From: an uncultured Gammaproteobacteria bacterium
Lineage (GTDB): Bacteria > Patescibacteriota > Microgenomatia > UBA10105 > UBA927
Reading direction: 5' to 3'
Assembly: GCA_964367065.1 (NCBI GenBank)
Contig: CAYIWI010000002.1
Coordinates: forward strand, 1-49,658
Length of the DNA stretch: 49,658 nt
A program made the translations under genes and the position numbers. Positions 8,382 through 18,739 of the stretch are shown piece after piece (the first letter of the stretch is position 1; each line of letters starts with the position of its first letter). The notes under the pieces are model-generated. The model saw only the letters and a list, made by a program, of their open reading frames with translations. It was not told the DNA's origin and made no database searches.

Positions 8382-11303
8382 CTATTCTAGTATTTTTTTG
8401 AGGTATTGTCCCGTGTATGACTGTTTTACCTGCGCCAGATGGTGCGGCGTACCCGTCGCCACGACTCGGCCGCCTGCGTCTCCGCCATCCGGCCCCAAAT
8501 CGATAATCCAGTCCGCGTTTTTGATGAGGTCCAGGTTGTGTTCGATGACCACCACGGTGTTGCCCGCAGCCGTCAGGCGGTGAAGGACTAAGAGGAGCTT
8601 TTCCAAATCGGCAAAGTGGAGGCCGGTGGTAGGCTCATCTAATATATAGAAGGTGCGGCCCGTGGCGCGCCTGGAAAGTTCGGTGGCGAGCTTGACGCGT
8701 TGGGCTTCCCCGCCGGACAAGGTCGGGGCGGGCTGGCCCAAATGGATATAGCCCAACCCCACGTCTTCGATCGTTTTGAGTTTTTCCGAAAGTGCCCAGT
8801 GGTGGCTGAAAAATTCCCGTGCCTCTGAAATCGTCATATCCAAAACCTGGCTGATATTTTTCCCATGAAATTGAACTTCCAGTGTTTCCGCGTTATACCG
8901 GGATCCGTGGCAGACGTCGCAGGTGACGTAAATATCAGAAAGGAACTGCATTTCGATTTTTTTCTGGCCCTCCCCTTCGCATGCCTCACAGCGGCCGCCT
9001 CCTCCCTTGGAGGAGACGTTAAAAGAAAACCTGCCCGGCTCATAGCCGCGCAGATGTGCCTCCTGCGTGTTGGCAAAAATTTCACGGACGGGAGAAAAGA
9101 TGCCCGTGTAGGTGGCCGGATTGCTTCGCGGCGTCCGGCCGATCGGAGACTGATCGATGAGAATTACTTTATCAATGGCTTCTAAGCCATCGATGCGAGC
9201 GTGCGCTCCGGGCTTTTCTTTTGCAAAGGGGTTGAAATGTGCGGCGAGTGCCCGGTAGAGCGTTTCGACGATGAGTGTGGATTTACCGCTCCCGGATACG
9301 CCGGTGACGGCTATGAGCCGGCCTACGGGAAACGAAACGTCTATGTGTTTGAGATTGTGCTCCGAGGCAGCGACCACGGTTACGGTGTCAGAAGGGCCGG
9401 AAGACTTCCCAACAGTTGGCCGCGCAATCGTTTTTTCTCCGGTAAGGTATTTTCCGGTTAATGAGTGGTTATTCTTTTTTATATCGCCAACGGTCCCTTG
9501 TGCGATAATTGCTCCGCCGTGTTCTCCGGCTCCGGGACCAAAATCAACGATCCAATCCGCATGTTCCATGGTTTCCCGGTCGTGTTCGACCACGATGACC
9601 GTGTTACCCAAATCCCGCAGCCTCTTGAGGGTATTGACGAGCATCACGTTGTCTTTCTGGTGCAGCCCGATGGATGGCTCGTCTAAAACATAGAGCACGC
9701 CGGACAAACCGGACCCGATTTGGGATGCCAGACGGATACGCTGCGCTTCCCCGCCGGAAAGCGTGGTGGCGGAGCGGGAAAGCGTAAGATAATTGAGCCC
9801 CACGGCGTCCAAAAACGCCAGCCGGCCTCCGATCTCTTTCACAATCGGCGCGGCAATGGCCTCTTCGGTTTTACCCGAAAGGTTTTTGGGCAAGTGACCT
9901 ACCCATTCCAGACCATCGCGTACCGAAAGATCCGTGACGTCGGCGATGGAAAACCCGTCAACGGTAATGGTCAGTGCTTCCTTTTTAAGTCGTTTGCCGC
10001 GGCATGCCGCGCAGATTTCCTCACGCATATACTTTTCTATTTCCGCGCGCACGAAATCCGACGCGGATTCACTGTACCGGCGCTTGAGTTCCGGAATAAT
10101 GCCGCGGTAGGGCTCCTCAATGGTCGTGAGGTCGCCAAACCTGTTTTGCCCTTTTACCAGGTACGTTTTGTCTCCGGTGCCGTTCAAGAGCACGCCCATC
10201 TGCTTTTTGGTGAGTTTACCAAGCGCCAGTCTCGGGTCAATGTCGTGAGTAGCCGCCACCGTAGTGATAACGCGCGCAAACCATGTGTCGTGGAAAAACA
10301 TCCGGGCAAACGGGAGAATTCCTCCCTCGGTGATGGACAACTCTTTGCGGATAACCAGATCGGGATCAACAGTCAGAATGTTGCCTAACCCGCTGCAGCT
10401 GGAGCACGCGCCGTGGGGCGAGTTAAAAGAAAAGGATCGCGGTTCAATTTCGGGGAGAGAGATATTGCACACCGGACAGGAGAATTTTTCAGAGAAGATG
10501 TGATCGGTCACGTGTTTGGGCTTATCCGGAATAGCAAACCCGCTGTCTTGAATTTCCCCCACGACGACGAGTCCTTCAGAGAGGGCAAGAGACTGCTCTA
10601 CTGCTTCGGAAATTCGACTGCGCAGCGCATTGAACGTTTTTGCATCGAGGGTGAGTTTGTCCACAACGACATCTATCGTATGTTTGTTGGTTTTAATAAG
10701 GACAATATCTTCATCAATGTCAAAAAAAAGACCGTCCACACGCACCTGGCGGTACCCTTTGGCGCGTACATTATCAAACAGGCCGGTAAATTCACCCTTC
10801 CGGTCCCGTACGACCGGGGCCATGATCGCGAACCGGTAGTGCTTTCGGGTTTTATGTTGCAGCGCATCCCCGGCACGCTTGATGATCTGTTCCACAATCT
10901 GCTGGGACGACTGGCGGCTGATTTCGCGGCCGCAATTGGGGCAGTGGGGGTGTCCGATGCGCGCAAACAGGAGGCGCAGGTAATCATAGATTTCCGTCAC
11001 GGTGCCCACGGTGGAACGCGGGTTGTGCGAGCCGGATTTCTGGTCGATGGAAATGGACGGCGATAGGCCTTCGATGCTGTCTACGTCAGGTTTGTCCATG
11101 ACGCCTAAAAATTGCCGTGCATAGGAGCTTAACGACTCCACATAGCGGCGCTGCCCCTCGGCGTAAATCGTGTCAAAGGCAAGTGATGACTTGCCGGATC
11201 CCGAAAGACCGGTAAACACGATAAGCTTATTTTTGGGAAGCTCGAGTGTAATGTTTTTGAGATTATGCTGGCGTGCGCCCTTAATGCGAATGACGTTTTC
11301 CAT
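8382..11303 (-). CDS. uvrA: excinuclease ABC subunit A
   Basis: Two ABC modules are present ([14 protein letters not shown]; [10 protein letters not shown]; two LSGGE.QR signatures) plus Zn-finger cysteines. I placed the start at ATG 11303 ([17 protein letters not shown]), which matches canonical UvrA N-termini. Confidence 0.96.
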   Translation of the reverse strand: MENVIRIKGARQHNLKNITLELPKNKLIVFTGLSGSGKSSLAFDTIYAEGQRRYVESLSSYARQFLGVMDKPDVDSIEGLSPSISIDQKSGSHNPRSTVGTVTEIYDYLRLLFARIGHPHCPNCGREISRQSSQQIVEQIIKRAGDALQHKTRKHYRFAIMAPVVRDRKGEFTGLFDNVRAKGYRQVRVDGLFFDIDEDIVLIKTNKHTIDVVVDKLTLDAKTFNALRSRISEAVEQSLALSEGLVVVGEIQDSGFAIPDKPKHVTDHIFSEKFSCPVCNISLPEIEPRSFSFNSPHGACSSCSGLGNILTVDPDLVIRKELSITEGGILPFARMFFHDTWFARVITTVAATHDIDPRLALGKLTKKQMGVLLNGTGDKTYLVKGQNRFGDLTTIEEPYRGIIPELKRRYSESASDFVRAEIEKYMREEICAACRGKRLKKEALTITVDGFSIADVTDLSVRDGLEWVGHLPKNLSGKTEEAIAAPIVKEIGGRLAFLDAVGLNYLTLSRSATTLSGGEAQRIRLASQIGSGLSGVLYVLDEPSIGLHQKDNVMLVNTLKRLRDLGNTVIVVEHDRETMEHADWIVDFGPGAGEHGGAIIAQGTVGDIKKNNHSLTGKYLTGEKTIARPTVGKSSGPSDTVTVVAASEHNLKHIDVSFPVGRLIAVTGVSGSGKSTLIVETLYRALAAHFNPFAKEKPGAHARIDGLEAIDKVILIDQSPIGRTPRSNPATYTGIFSPVREIFANTQEAHLRGYEPGRFSFNVSSKGGGGRCEACEGEGQKKIEMQFLSDIYVTCDVCHGSRYNAETLEVQFHGKNISQVLDMTISEAREFFSHHWALSEKLKTIEDVGLGYIHLGQPAPTLSGGEAQRVKLATELSRRATGRTFYILDEPTTGLHFADLEKLLLVLHRLTAAGNTVVVIEHNLDLIKNADWIIDLGPDGGDAGGRVVATGTPHHLAQVKQSYTGQYLKKILE

Positions 11304-11352
11304 ATCCAAAATGACCACCGATAAACCGTGGCAGAGGAATTATATCACGTGA

Positions 11353-13365
11353 TTAATTCAGTGAGGCAATAGTGTCCCTCAATTTTGCAGCCAGTTCGAA
11401 GTCCAGGTCGCGGCTCGCAACACGCATGGCTTTGGTTAGTTTCCCGACGAACTTTCGTGTATCAAAGGGCGTCATGGCATCCAGCTGGGTTTGGGAGATG
11501 CCGAGAAGTTCCTGGACTGTGGCTTCGTGACGCTCCTGTTCTTTTTCCACCAGGCGCTGCCGGATGGGTTTTTGGATCGATTGGGGCGTTATACCGTGCT
11601 TTTTATTATATGCCTCCTGCACCGCACGTCGGCGACCAACTTCCTCCAGTGCATTTCGTATGGAATCTGTGATCGTATCCGCATAGAGAATTACGCTGCC
11701 CTGCACGTGGCGCGCGGCGCGGCCCATGGTTTGGATAAGGCTGATTTTACTGCGCAGGAACCCCTCCTTATCCGCATCGAGTATCGCAACCAATGCTACT
11801 TCCGGAAGATCCAGTCCCTCCCTGAGCAAATTAACGCCGACGATCACATCGTAGGTGCCGGCCCGCAGGTCTGCCAAAATATCGCTTCGTTCAAGCGTGA
11901 GGATATCGGCGTGTAGATAATGGACCTTGATGCCCTTTTCTTTCAAAAACGCCGAGAGGTCTTCCGCCATTTGCTTGGTGAGGGTGGTCACCAGCACCCG
12001 TTCTTTTTTGGCAACGCGCTGCTGAATTTCCTTGAATAGGTCGTCAATTTGTCCCTCTACGGGTCGCACGGAAACAAGCGGATCGAGGAGGCCTGTGGGT
12101 CTGACGAGCTGCTCCACAGTAGCCTCTGCGCGACCTGTCTCCCACGCATCCGGAGTGGCAGAGGCATAGATGGTTTGCGGCATACGGCGTAAAAATTCGT
12201 CAAACCGCAGCGGCCGGTTGTCGATGGCCGCAGGCAGACGGAAACCGTAATCAATCAGCGTCTGCTTGCGGCTCCGGTCGCCGTTGTACATACCGCGGAT
12301 TTGCGGGATCGTCTGGTGCGATTCATCAATGAGCAGAAGCCAATCCTTGAAGGATGCGATCCTTCCGGTTTGCGAGGCTTCGTCAAAATAGTCCAGCAAT
12401 GTATACGGGGGCTCCCCCGGCTTTCTGCCGTCGAAATACCGCGAATAATTTTCAATGCCGTTGACGTACCCCAGCTCGCTGATCATTTCCAGATCATAGG
12501 TCACGCGCTGTTGGATGCGCTGCGCCTCGATGAGCTTATTGGTGCTTTTAAAGTAGGCAACTTGTGCCTCAAGGTCGTTTTGAATTTCCTTAAATACTTG
12601 TTTATACCTTGCCGGATCAGTCATGTAGTGCTTGGCCGGATAAATGACGGTGCCCGGAAGCTCTTCGATGGTTTTACCCGTCAGCGGATCAAATTTGTCT
12701 AATTTGACTAATTTGTCCAATTTGGTGACAAAACGAATTCCGGTATCTTCATATGCCGGAAACACGTCAATGGTGCCGCCCCGAACGCGAAAGGTGCTCC
12801 GGTGAAAGCCGTAGTCACTCCGCTCATACTGCAGCTGGACCAGGCGCTCCACAATGCTTTCGCGGCTCACGTTCATGCCGGATTTGAGTTCCAGCACAAA
12901 ATGCCCGTATTCCTTGGGCGAGCCGATGTTGTAAATGGAAGAAACCGAAGCCACGACTATGGTATCCGGACGGGTGAGGATATTGGTTGTTGCAGCCAGG
13001 CGCAGCTTATCGATTTCTTCGTTTATCTCGGTTTCCTTTTCTATGTACGTGTCTGTTTGGGGGATATAGGCCTCGGGTTGATAATAATCATAATAGGACA
13101 CAAAGTAGGAAACCGCGTTGTTGGGGAAAAAGTCACGGAATTCCTGATACAGTTGAGCTGCAAGCGTTTTGTTATGCGAAATCACCAGGGTCGGCCGCTG
13201 GACGGCCTGAATGACATTGGCGATGGTGAATGTCTTGCCGCTGCCGGTGACCCCCAAAAGCACCTGTTCTGTCGCACCCGACCGAAGGCCACGGTTGAGT
13301 GCCTCAATTGCTTCTGGTTGGTCGCCGGCGGGCGCAAACGGGGCGTGGAGAGAAAAGTGTTTCAT
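11353..13365 (-). CDS. uvrB: excinuclease ABC subunit B
   Basis: Helicase motifs are present (GVTGSGKTFT, DESH, and a C-terminal UVR domain with FELAAKLRD). The protein is 670 aa. Confidence 0.96.
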   Translation of the reverse strand: MKHFSLHAPFAPAGDQPEAIEALNRGLRSGATEQVLLGVTGSGKTFTIANVIQAVQRPTLVISHNKTLAAQLYQEFRDFFPNNAVSYFVSYYDYYQPEAYIPQTDTYIEKETEINEEIDKLRLAATTNILTRPDTIVVASVSSIYNIGSPKEYGHFVLELKSGMNVSRESIVERLVQLQYERSDYGFHRSTFRVRGGTIDVFPAYEDTGIRFVTKLDKLVKLDKFDPLTGKTIEELPGTVIYPAKHYMTDPARYKQVFKEIQNDLEAQVAYFKSTNKLIEAQRIQQRVTYDLEMISELGYVNGIENYSRYFDGRKPGEPPYTLLDYFDEASQTGRIASFKDWLLLIDESHQTIPQIRGMYNGDRSRKQTLIDYGFRLPAAIDNRPLRFDEFLRRMPQTIYASATPDAWETGRAEATVEQLVRPTGLLDPLVSVRPVEGQIDDLFKEIQQRVAKKERVLVTTLTKQMAEDLSAFLKEKGIKVHYLHADILTLERSDILADLRAGTYDVIVGVNLLREGLDLPEVALVAILDADKEGFLRSKISLIQTMGRAARHVQGSVILYADTITDSIRNALEEVGRRRAVQEAYNKKHGITPQSIQKPIRQRLVEKEQERHEATVQELLGISQTQLDAMTPFDTRKFVGKLTKAMRVASRDLDFELAAKLRDTIASLN

Positions 13366-13423
13366 GTGACTGTAGTTTCGGATAAAGTTTTATTTTGATC
13401 CAGTTTTTACGTATTCGATCCTA

Positions 13424-13452
13424 TTGACAATTCGGTGTTTCTTCAGCATACT
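13424..13452 (+). promoter_or_regulatory. candidate sigma70-type promoter of lexA (TTGACA-17 nt-CATACT), ending 10 nt before the ATG
   Basis: TTGACA is at 13424..13429 and CATACT at 13447..13452. There is no Shine-Dalgarno sequence before ATG 13463. Confidence 0.5.
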
Positions 13453-13462
13453 GTATTGTACT

Positions 13463-14086
13463 ATGCCCGCCACGCTTTACGCCAGAGAACGACAGCTTCT
13501 TGATTTTATCACGCAGTTCATCCAGCGCTATGGGTACGCGCCGACGCTTAAGGAAATCGCCGAGGCCGTAGGCTTGGGATCGCTTGCTACCGTACACGAG
13601 CATATCGATAAACTGCGCATCAAAGGTTTTATCCGAAAGCTCGACGGGACGGCCCGCGGGCTCGAAGTGGTCGATCAATACCGGTCGGGCAGTGCCGTGA
13701 CCGCAGTGGAATTACCGGTATTAGGGTTTATCGCGGCAGGCGCGCCGCTTGAGCCGTATACGGACCCGAATTTCTATGTTTCCGTGGCCCCCGGCATGAT
13801 CGCCAACAACCGCGCAAGCTACGTTTTGCAGGTTAAGGGATCGTCCATGATTGACGACGGCATTATGGACGGAGATTATGTGGTCATTCAGCACCAGCAG
13901 GATGCGCAAAACGGTGATATCGTCGTGGCACTGTTGCCCAACGGCCTAGCGACGCTCAAGCGGATTTATTTTGAAAAAGACCGGATTAAACTCATGCCTG
14001 CCAATGCCCAGATGTCTCCGATTTTTGCCACGCACGTCAAAATACAGGGGAAGGTCGTGGGGCTGATACGCAGATATATCAGTTGA
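13463..14086 (+). CDS. lexA: LexA repressor (S24 peptidase)
   Basis: It has an N-terminal wHTH (RERQLLDFI..YGYAPTLKEIAEAVGL), the cleavage site AAG, catalytic GSSM (Ser) and a LKR (Lys) segment. I moved the start to ATG 13463; the ORF-track start at 13424 is a TTG inside the promoter. Confidence 0.92.
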   Translation: MPATLYARERQLLDFITQFIQRYGYAPTLKEIAEAVGLGSLATVHEHIDKLRIKGFIRKLDGTARGLEVVDQYRSGSAVTAVELPVLGFIAAGAPLEPYTDPNFYVSVAPGMIANNRASYVLQVKGSSMIDDGIMDGDYVVIQHQQDAQNGDIVVALLPNGLATLKRIYFEKDRIKLMPANAQMSPIFATHVKIQGKVVGLIRRYIS

Positions 14087-14702
14087 CCCGGCGCGAACCC
14101 TTCCTTTTGCGGTATGCGCCTGCTGCATGAATGATAATCGGCAGGAGTGATGCCGCGACGATCAGGAAAATCACATATTCGTAGTTGTGTTTGATAATGG
14201 GGATGTTTCCCAGGAGGTACCCCAGTGTGGCAATGCCGACGCTCCACAGAAACCCGCCCAGGAAGTTATAGAAAATGAATGTCTGATAATGCATTTTTGC
14301 GGCGCCGGCCACGATTGGCGCAAATGTACGCACGAACGGGACGAAGCGGGCAAGCACTATGGTTTTGGCGCCGTTTTTCTCATAAAAGCGCTGTGCTTCG
14401 AGCAAATGATGGCGCTTAAACAAAAATGAATCTTCACGCTCAAACAATTTACTCCCCACCTTGTGCCCGAACCAGTAGCCTACGTTATCACCCAAAATGG
14501 CAGCGGAGAAGGTAACCACCAGAAGAATGGGATAGTTAATAAGCCCCTGTGAAGCCAGAACGCCGGCGGTAAACAGCAAGCTGTCGCCGGGGAGGAAAAA
14601 TCCGAAAAATAGCCCGGACTCGGCAAACAGCACTGCCCATACGCCGATAAGCCCAAGGGTTTTGATAAGGAGTTCGGGGTTGAGGAGGACGTCAAGATTC
14701 AT
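14079..14702 (-). CDS. dedA: DedA family membrane protein
   Basis: The SNARE-associated/DedA signature is present (ESGLFFGFFLPGDSLLF...ARFVPFVRTFAP). Confidence 0.85.
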   Translation of the reverse strand: MNLDVLLNPELLIKTLGLIGVWAVLFAESGLFFGFFLPGDSLLFTAGVLASQGLINYPILLVVTFSAAILGDNVGYWFGHKVGSKLFEREDSFLFKRHHLLEAQRFYEKNGAKTIVLARFVPFVRTFAPIVAGAAKMHYQTFIFYNFLGGFLWSVGIATLGYLLGNIPIIKHNYEYVIFLIVAASLLPIIIHAAGAYRKRKGSRRVN

Positions 14703-14726
14703 AAATAAAAACGCGCGGTCATGCGC

Positions 14727-14732
14727 TATAAT
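14727..14732 (+). promoter_or_regulatory. -10 box TATAAT located 6 nt upstream of the rsmI ATG (leaderless-type arrangement)
   Basis: Read directly from the sequence: gcgcTATAATgattgtATG. Confidence 0.5.
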
Positions 14733-14738
14733 GATTGT

Positions 14739-15536
14739 ATGGGAACACTGTTCATTGTGTCAACACCGATCGGGAACCTGGAAGATATCACCATCCGTGC
14801 CATAAAAACGCTGTTTTCCGTGGATATCATCGCCTGCGAGGATACGCGAAGAACAGGACTATTGTTAAATGAATTAAAGAAACGATACGGTAGTCTTTAT
14901 TCTTCGAGCGAGGAGTCTTCGACGAGTCGAGAAGTTCATGCCGAAAGTTCTCGACTTCGCTCGAACAATAAGTCAGAACCAAGGCTGCTAAGCTACTATG
15001 ATCAAATTGAGCAATCAAAAACTCCTGAACTCATCGAACTACTTGAACAGGGAAAAGAAGTCGCATTGGTCAGTGACGCCGGAACGCCTCTTGTCTCCGA
15101 CCCGGGCTACAAACTTGTCCGAGAAGCAATCAGACGAGGTATTACAGTGGTAAGCATCCCCGGCCCGACTGCCGCAATAGCCGCGCTTACCGCAAGCGGA
15201 CTTCCGACAGACAAATTTTTATTCCTCGGCTACCCGCCGGAAAAATCATCGCATCGCATCAGACTCTTTGAATCTCTTTCAGAAGTGTTCAAAAGACCTC
15301 GCCTTGTCGAAGCAAGGCGAGGTCTTGATAAATCCCCGACGTTTATCTTCTACTGCGCGCCACATAAACTTGTACAAACGCTTGAAGACATGAAGCAAAC
15401 ACTTGGCGACATCGATATTGTCATCGCCCGGGAACTGACCAAGGTTCACGAGGAAGTATGGCGAGGAAGCATTTCAGAGGCGATTGTTGAGTTTCAGTTA
15501 CCTAAAGGCGAGATAGTCCTGCTTTTTTGCTTATAA
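14739..15536 (+). CDS. rsmI: 16S rRNA (cytidine1402-2'-O)-methyltransferase RsmI, carrying two in-frame palindromic insertions
   Basis: TP-methylase fold motifs are present (LFIVSTPIGNLEDIT.RA...ACEDTRRTG; SDAGTPLVSDPG; ARELTK.HEE). The start at ATG 14739 (MGTLFIV) matches canonical N-termini. Confidence 0.9.
   Translation: MGTLFIVSTPIGNLEDITIRAIKTLFSVDIIACEDTRRTGLLLNELKKRYGSLYSSSEESSTSREVHAESSRLRSNNKSEPRLLSYYDQIEQSKTPELIELLEQGKEVALVSDAGTPLVSDPGYKLVREAIRRGITVVSIPGPTAAIAALTASGLPTDKFLFLGYPPEKSSHRIRLFESLSEVFKRPRLVEARRGLDKSPTFIFYCAPHKLVQTLEDMKQTLGDIDIVIARELTKVHEEVWRGSISEAIVEFQLPKGEIVLLFCL
14900..14971 (+). repeat. 72-nt palindromic repeat element, copy 1, in frame within rsmI (encodes SSSEESSTSREVHAESSRLRSNNK)
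   Basis: It is ~89% identical to the reverse complement of 29183..29253. Internal inverted repeats are TTCGAGCGA/TCGCTCGAA (outer) and GTCGAGAA/TTCTCGAC (inner). Confidence 0.85.
15294..15325 (+). repeat. perfect 13-bp-stem, 6-nt-loop palindrome in frame within rsmI (encodes KRPRLVEARRGL)
   Basis: Read directly from the sequence: AGACCTCGCCTTG tcgaag CAAGGCGAGGTCT. Confidence 0.9.
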
Positions 15537-15554
15537 TTTTTCTCTGTCAAACAT

Positions 15555-15824
15555 TCAATGATCTGCAGGAGAGGTCATAATTGTCAGGTGATGTTTAGGG
15601 GCGCGACACTGATGCTTATGAAGATTGGCTAAGTGCCTATATGCAGATGATCTTGTTATATCCTGACCAAACGCTAGATAAGCGTCTGCAGGAAGCGAAC
15701 TCCATTGAATATACTCATCCCTTATAGTCATTCGTTCTTTGAACTCTCGATCTAGACAGAACAGCGATAAACTATACGGTCTTACTTCTGTCTCCGCGGG
15801 TCGTTGATCCACCATTTTTGTCAT
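15555..15824 (-). CDS. hypothetical small protein (89 aa from ATG 15824); no recognisable family
   Basis: This is an ORF downstream of acs in a stretch that looks AT-richer than its neighbours. Its own near-consensus promoter lies just upstream. I recognise no motifs. Confidence 0.3.
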   Translation of the reverse strand: MTKMVDQRPAETEVRPYSLSLFCLDREFKERMTIRDEYIQWSSLPADAYLAFGQDITRSSAYRHLANLHKHQCRAPKHHLTIMTSPADH

Positions 15825-15832
15825 AGGGCCAT

Positions 15833-15856
15833 ATAATAGCACAAATTGCGCGTCTG

Positions 15857-15860
<4 letters not shown>
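15833..15860 (-). promoter_or_regulatory. candidate promoter TTGACA-16 nt-TATTAT, 8 nt upstream of ATG 15824, overlapping the acs stop codon
   Basis: The minus strand reads TTGACAgacgcgcaatttgtgcTATTATatggccctATG. Confidence 0.45.
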
Positions 15861-17619
<1,759 letters not shown>

Positions 17620-17623
<4 letters not shown>

Positions 17624-18738
17624 TTCGCAGTTTCGCCGGCTCTTTTCACAAATTTTTTATCCAGCCGTTCAAGATTTTTTACCACTCCCGTGTACTCCAT
17701 TTCATCCTGCGGTCCCATGGCCGGGTTAAAAAATCCCTGGCTGCGCATATCGATGGTTTTCTGCGCAGCCTTTTGGCGGATGACGTCCCAGAACGGTTGG
17801 TCAAACAAGTCCACCGCTTCGGTCAGTTTGCCCTCGTGCACGCAGTAGCCGGCTGCTGTTACAATCGTCGGGCCGTCAAAAAACGAAATAATGGAATTTT
17901 GTTTCACCGGCATAACCGCGACGTGATGCGATCCTCTGTTATCGCCCAGCACATAATGGGCAAGAGCCCACGGCGAAAGAACTTCTCCGGTTGAAGGAAA
18001 CTGTTTCTGGGTTCGGACAATCGCTACCGGATCATCTTTACCGACGTACTTACCGGCGATGTTGTGGAGCCTGCTGGTTGACGCAACGGCTGCGATAAGA
18101 CCGGTTGCGTTTTCCACAATCTTCTCTATCACATACCGGTTGGGATCACGGAGAAGCGTGGCAATATCATAATAGTCCTGCGGCACCTTGAGGGTGATCA
18201 CCTTGTCCGCTTCCGTATGATTGACGTCCATAATCGTATAGGTAAACCCCTCATGCATTTCAGGAGCCAGGAGGAGTCCTGCATTATGGTACGGGTCGGC
18301 AAATGCGCTAAACAGCGGATAGTTGAAAACACCGGGCCCGCACTTGTCCGCGGCAAACAGGATGAACGGTTCGGCAGCACGCTCTTCAATTTCCATTTCG
18401 CATGATCCCGGGCCCATGCCTCGGACATTGCCGGAGAATGCGTCTTTCAAAAGATCCTGGCCCGCACCGTACAGCCCCTGGCTTTTAGCAATAGCAGTGG
18501 TCGCTACAAACGTATCCCACGCAAACTTATGAATGTCGCTGTGGTCAACGCCTTTGGTGTGGACCATGAGAAGCGCGATGTCATCTCCGGTAAAGGAAAC
18601 CCTGGCATCCGTCAGGAGTCCCTGTTTTATGGCGCCGGAGACGCGCTCCCTTGCAGTGGCAAGCATGGCATCACTGGGCCGGTTGTGCCCGCCGACGGAT
18701 CCGGTATCTGCTTTGATGACGGAGATGGTAGTTTTCAT
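17620..18738 (-). CDS. fbp: bifunctional fructose-1,6-bisphosphate aldolase/phosphatase (class V FBPase, archaeal type)
   Basis: The N-terminus TISVIKADTGSVGGH and the LYGAGQDLLKDAFSGNVRGMGPG block are characteristic of the FBP aldolase/phosphatase family. The protein is 372 aa. AAAGGAGG lies 4 nt upstream of the ATG. Confidence 0.88.
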
Positions 18739-18739
18739 A

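Noticed and set aside
13447-13465. An E. coli-type SOS box at the lexA promoter (TACTGTATTGTACTA).
   Set aside because: Only one half-site (TACTGTAT) matches, and there is no CAGTA partner at the required 16-20 nt spacing. I kept it only as an unresolved-operator observation.
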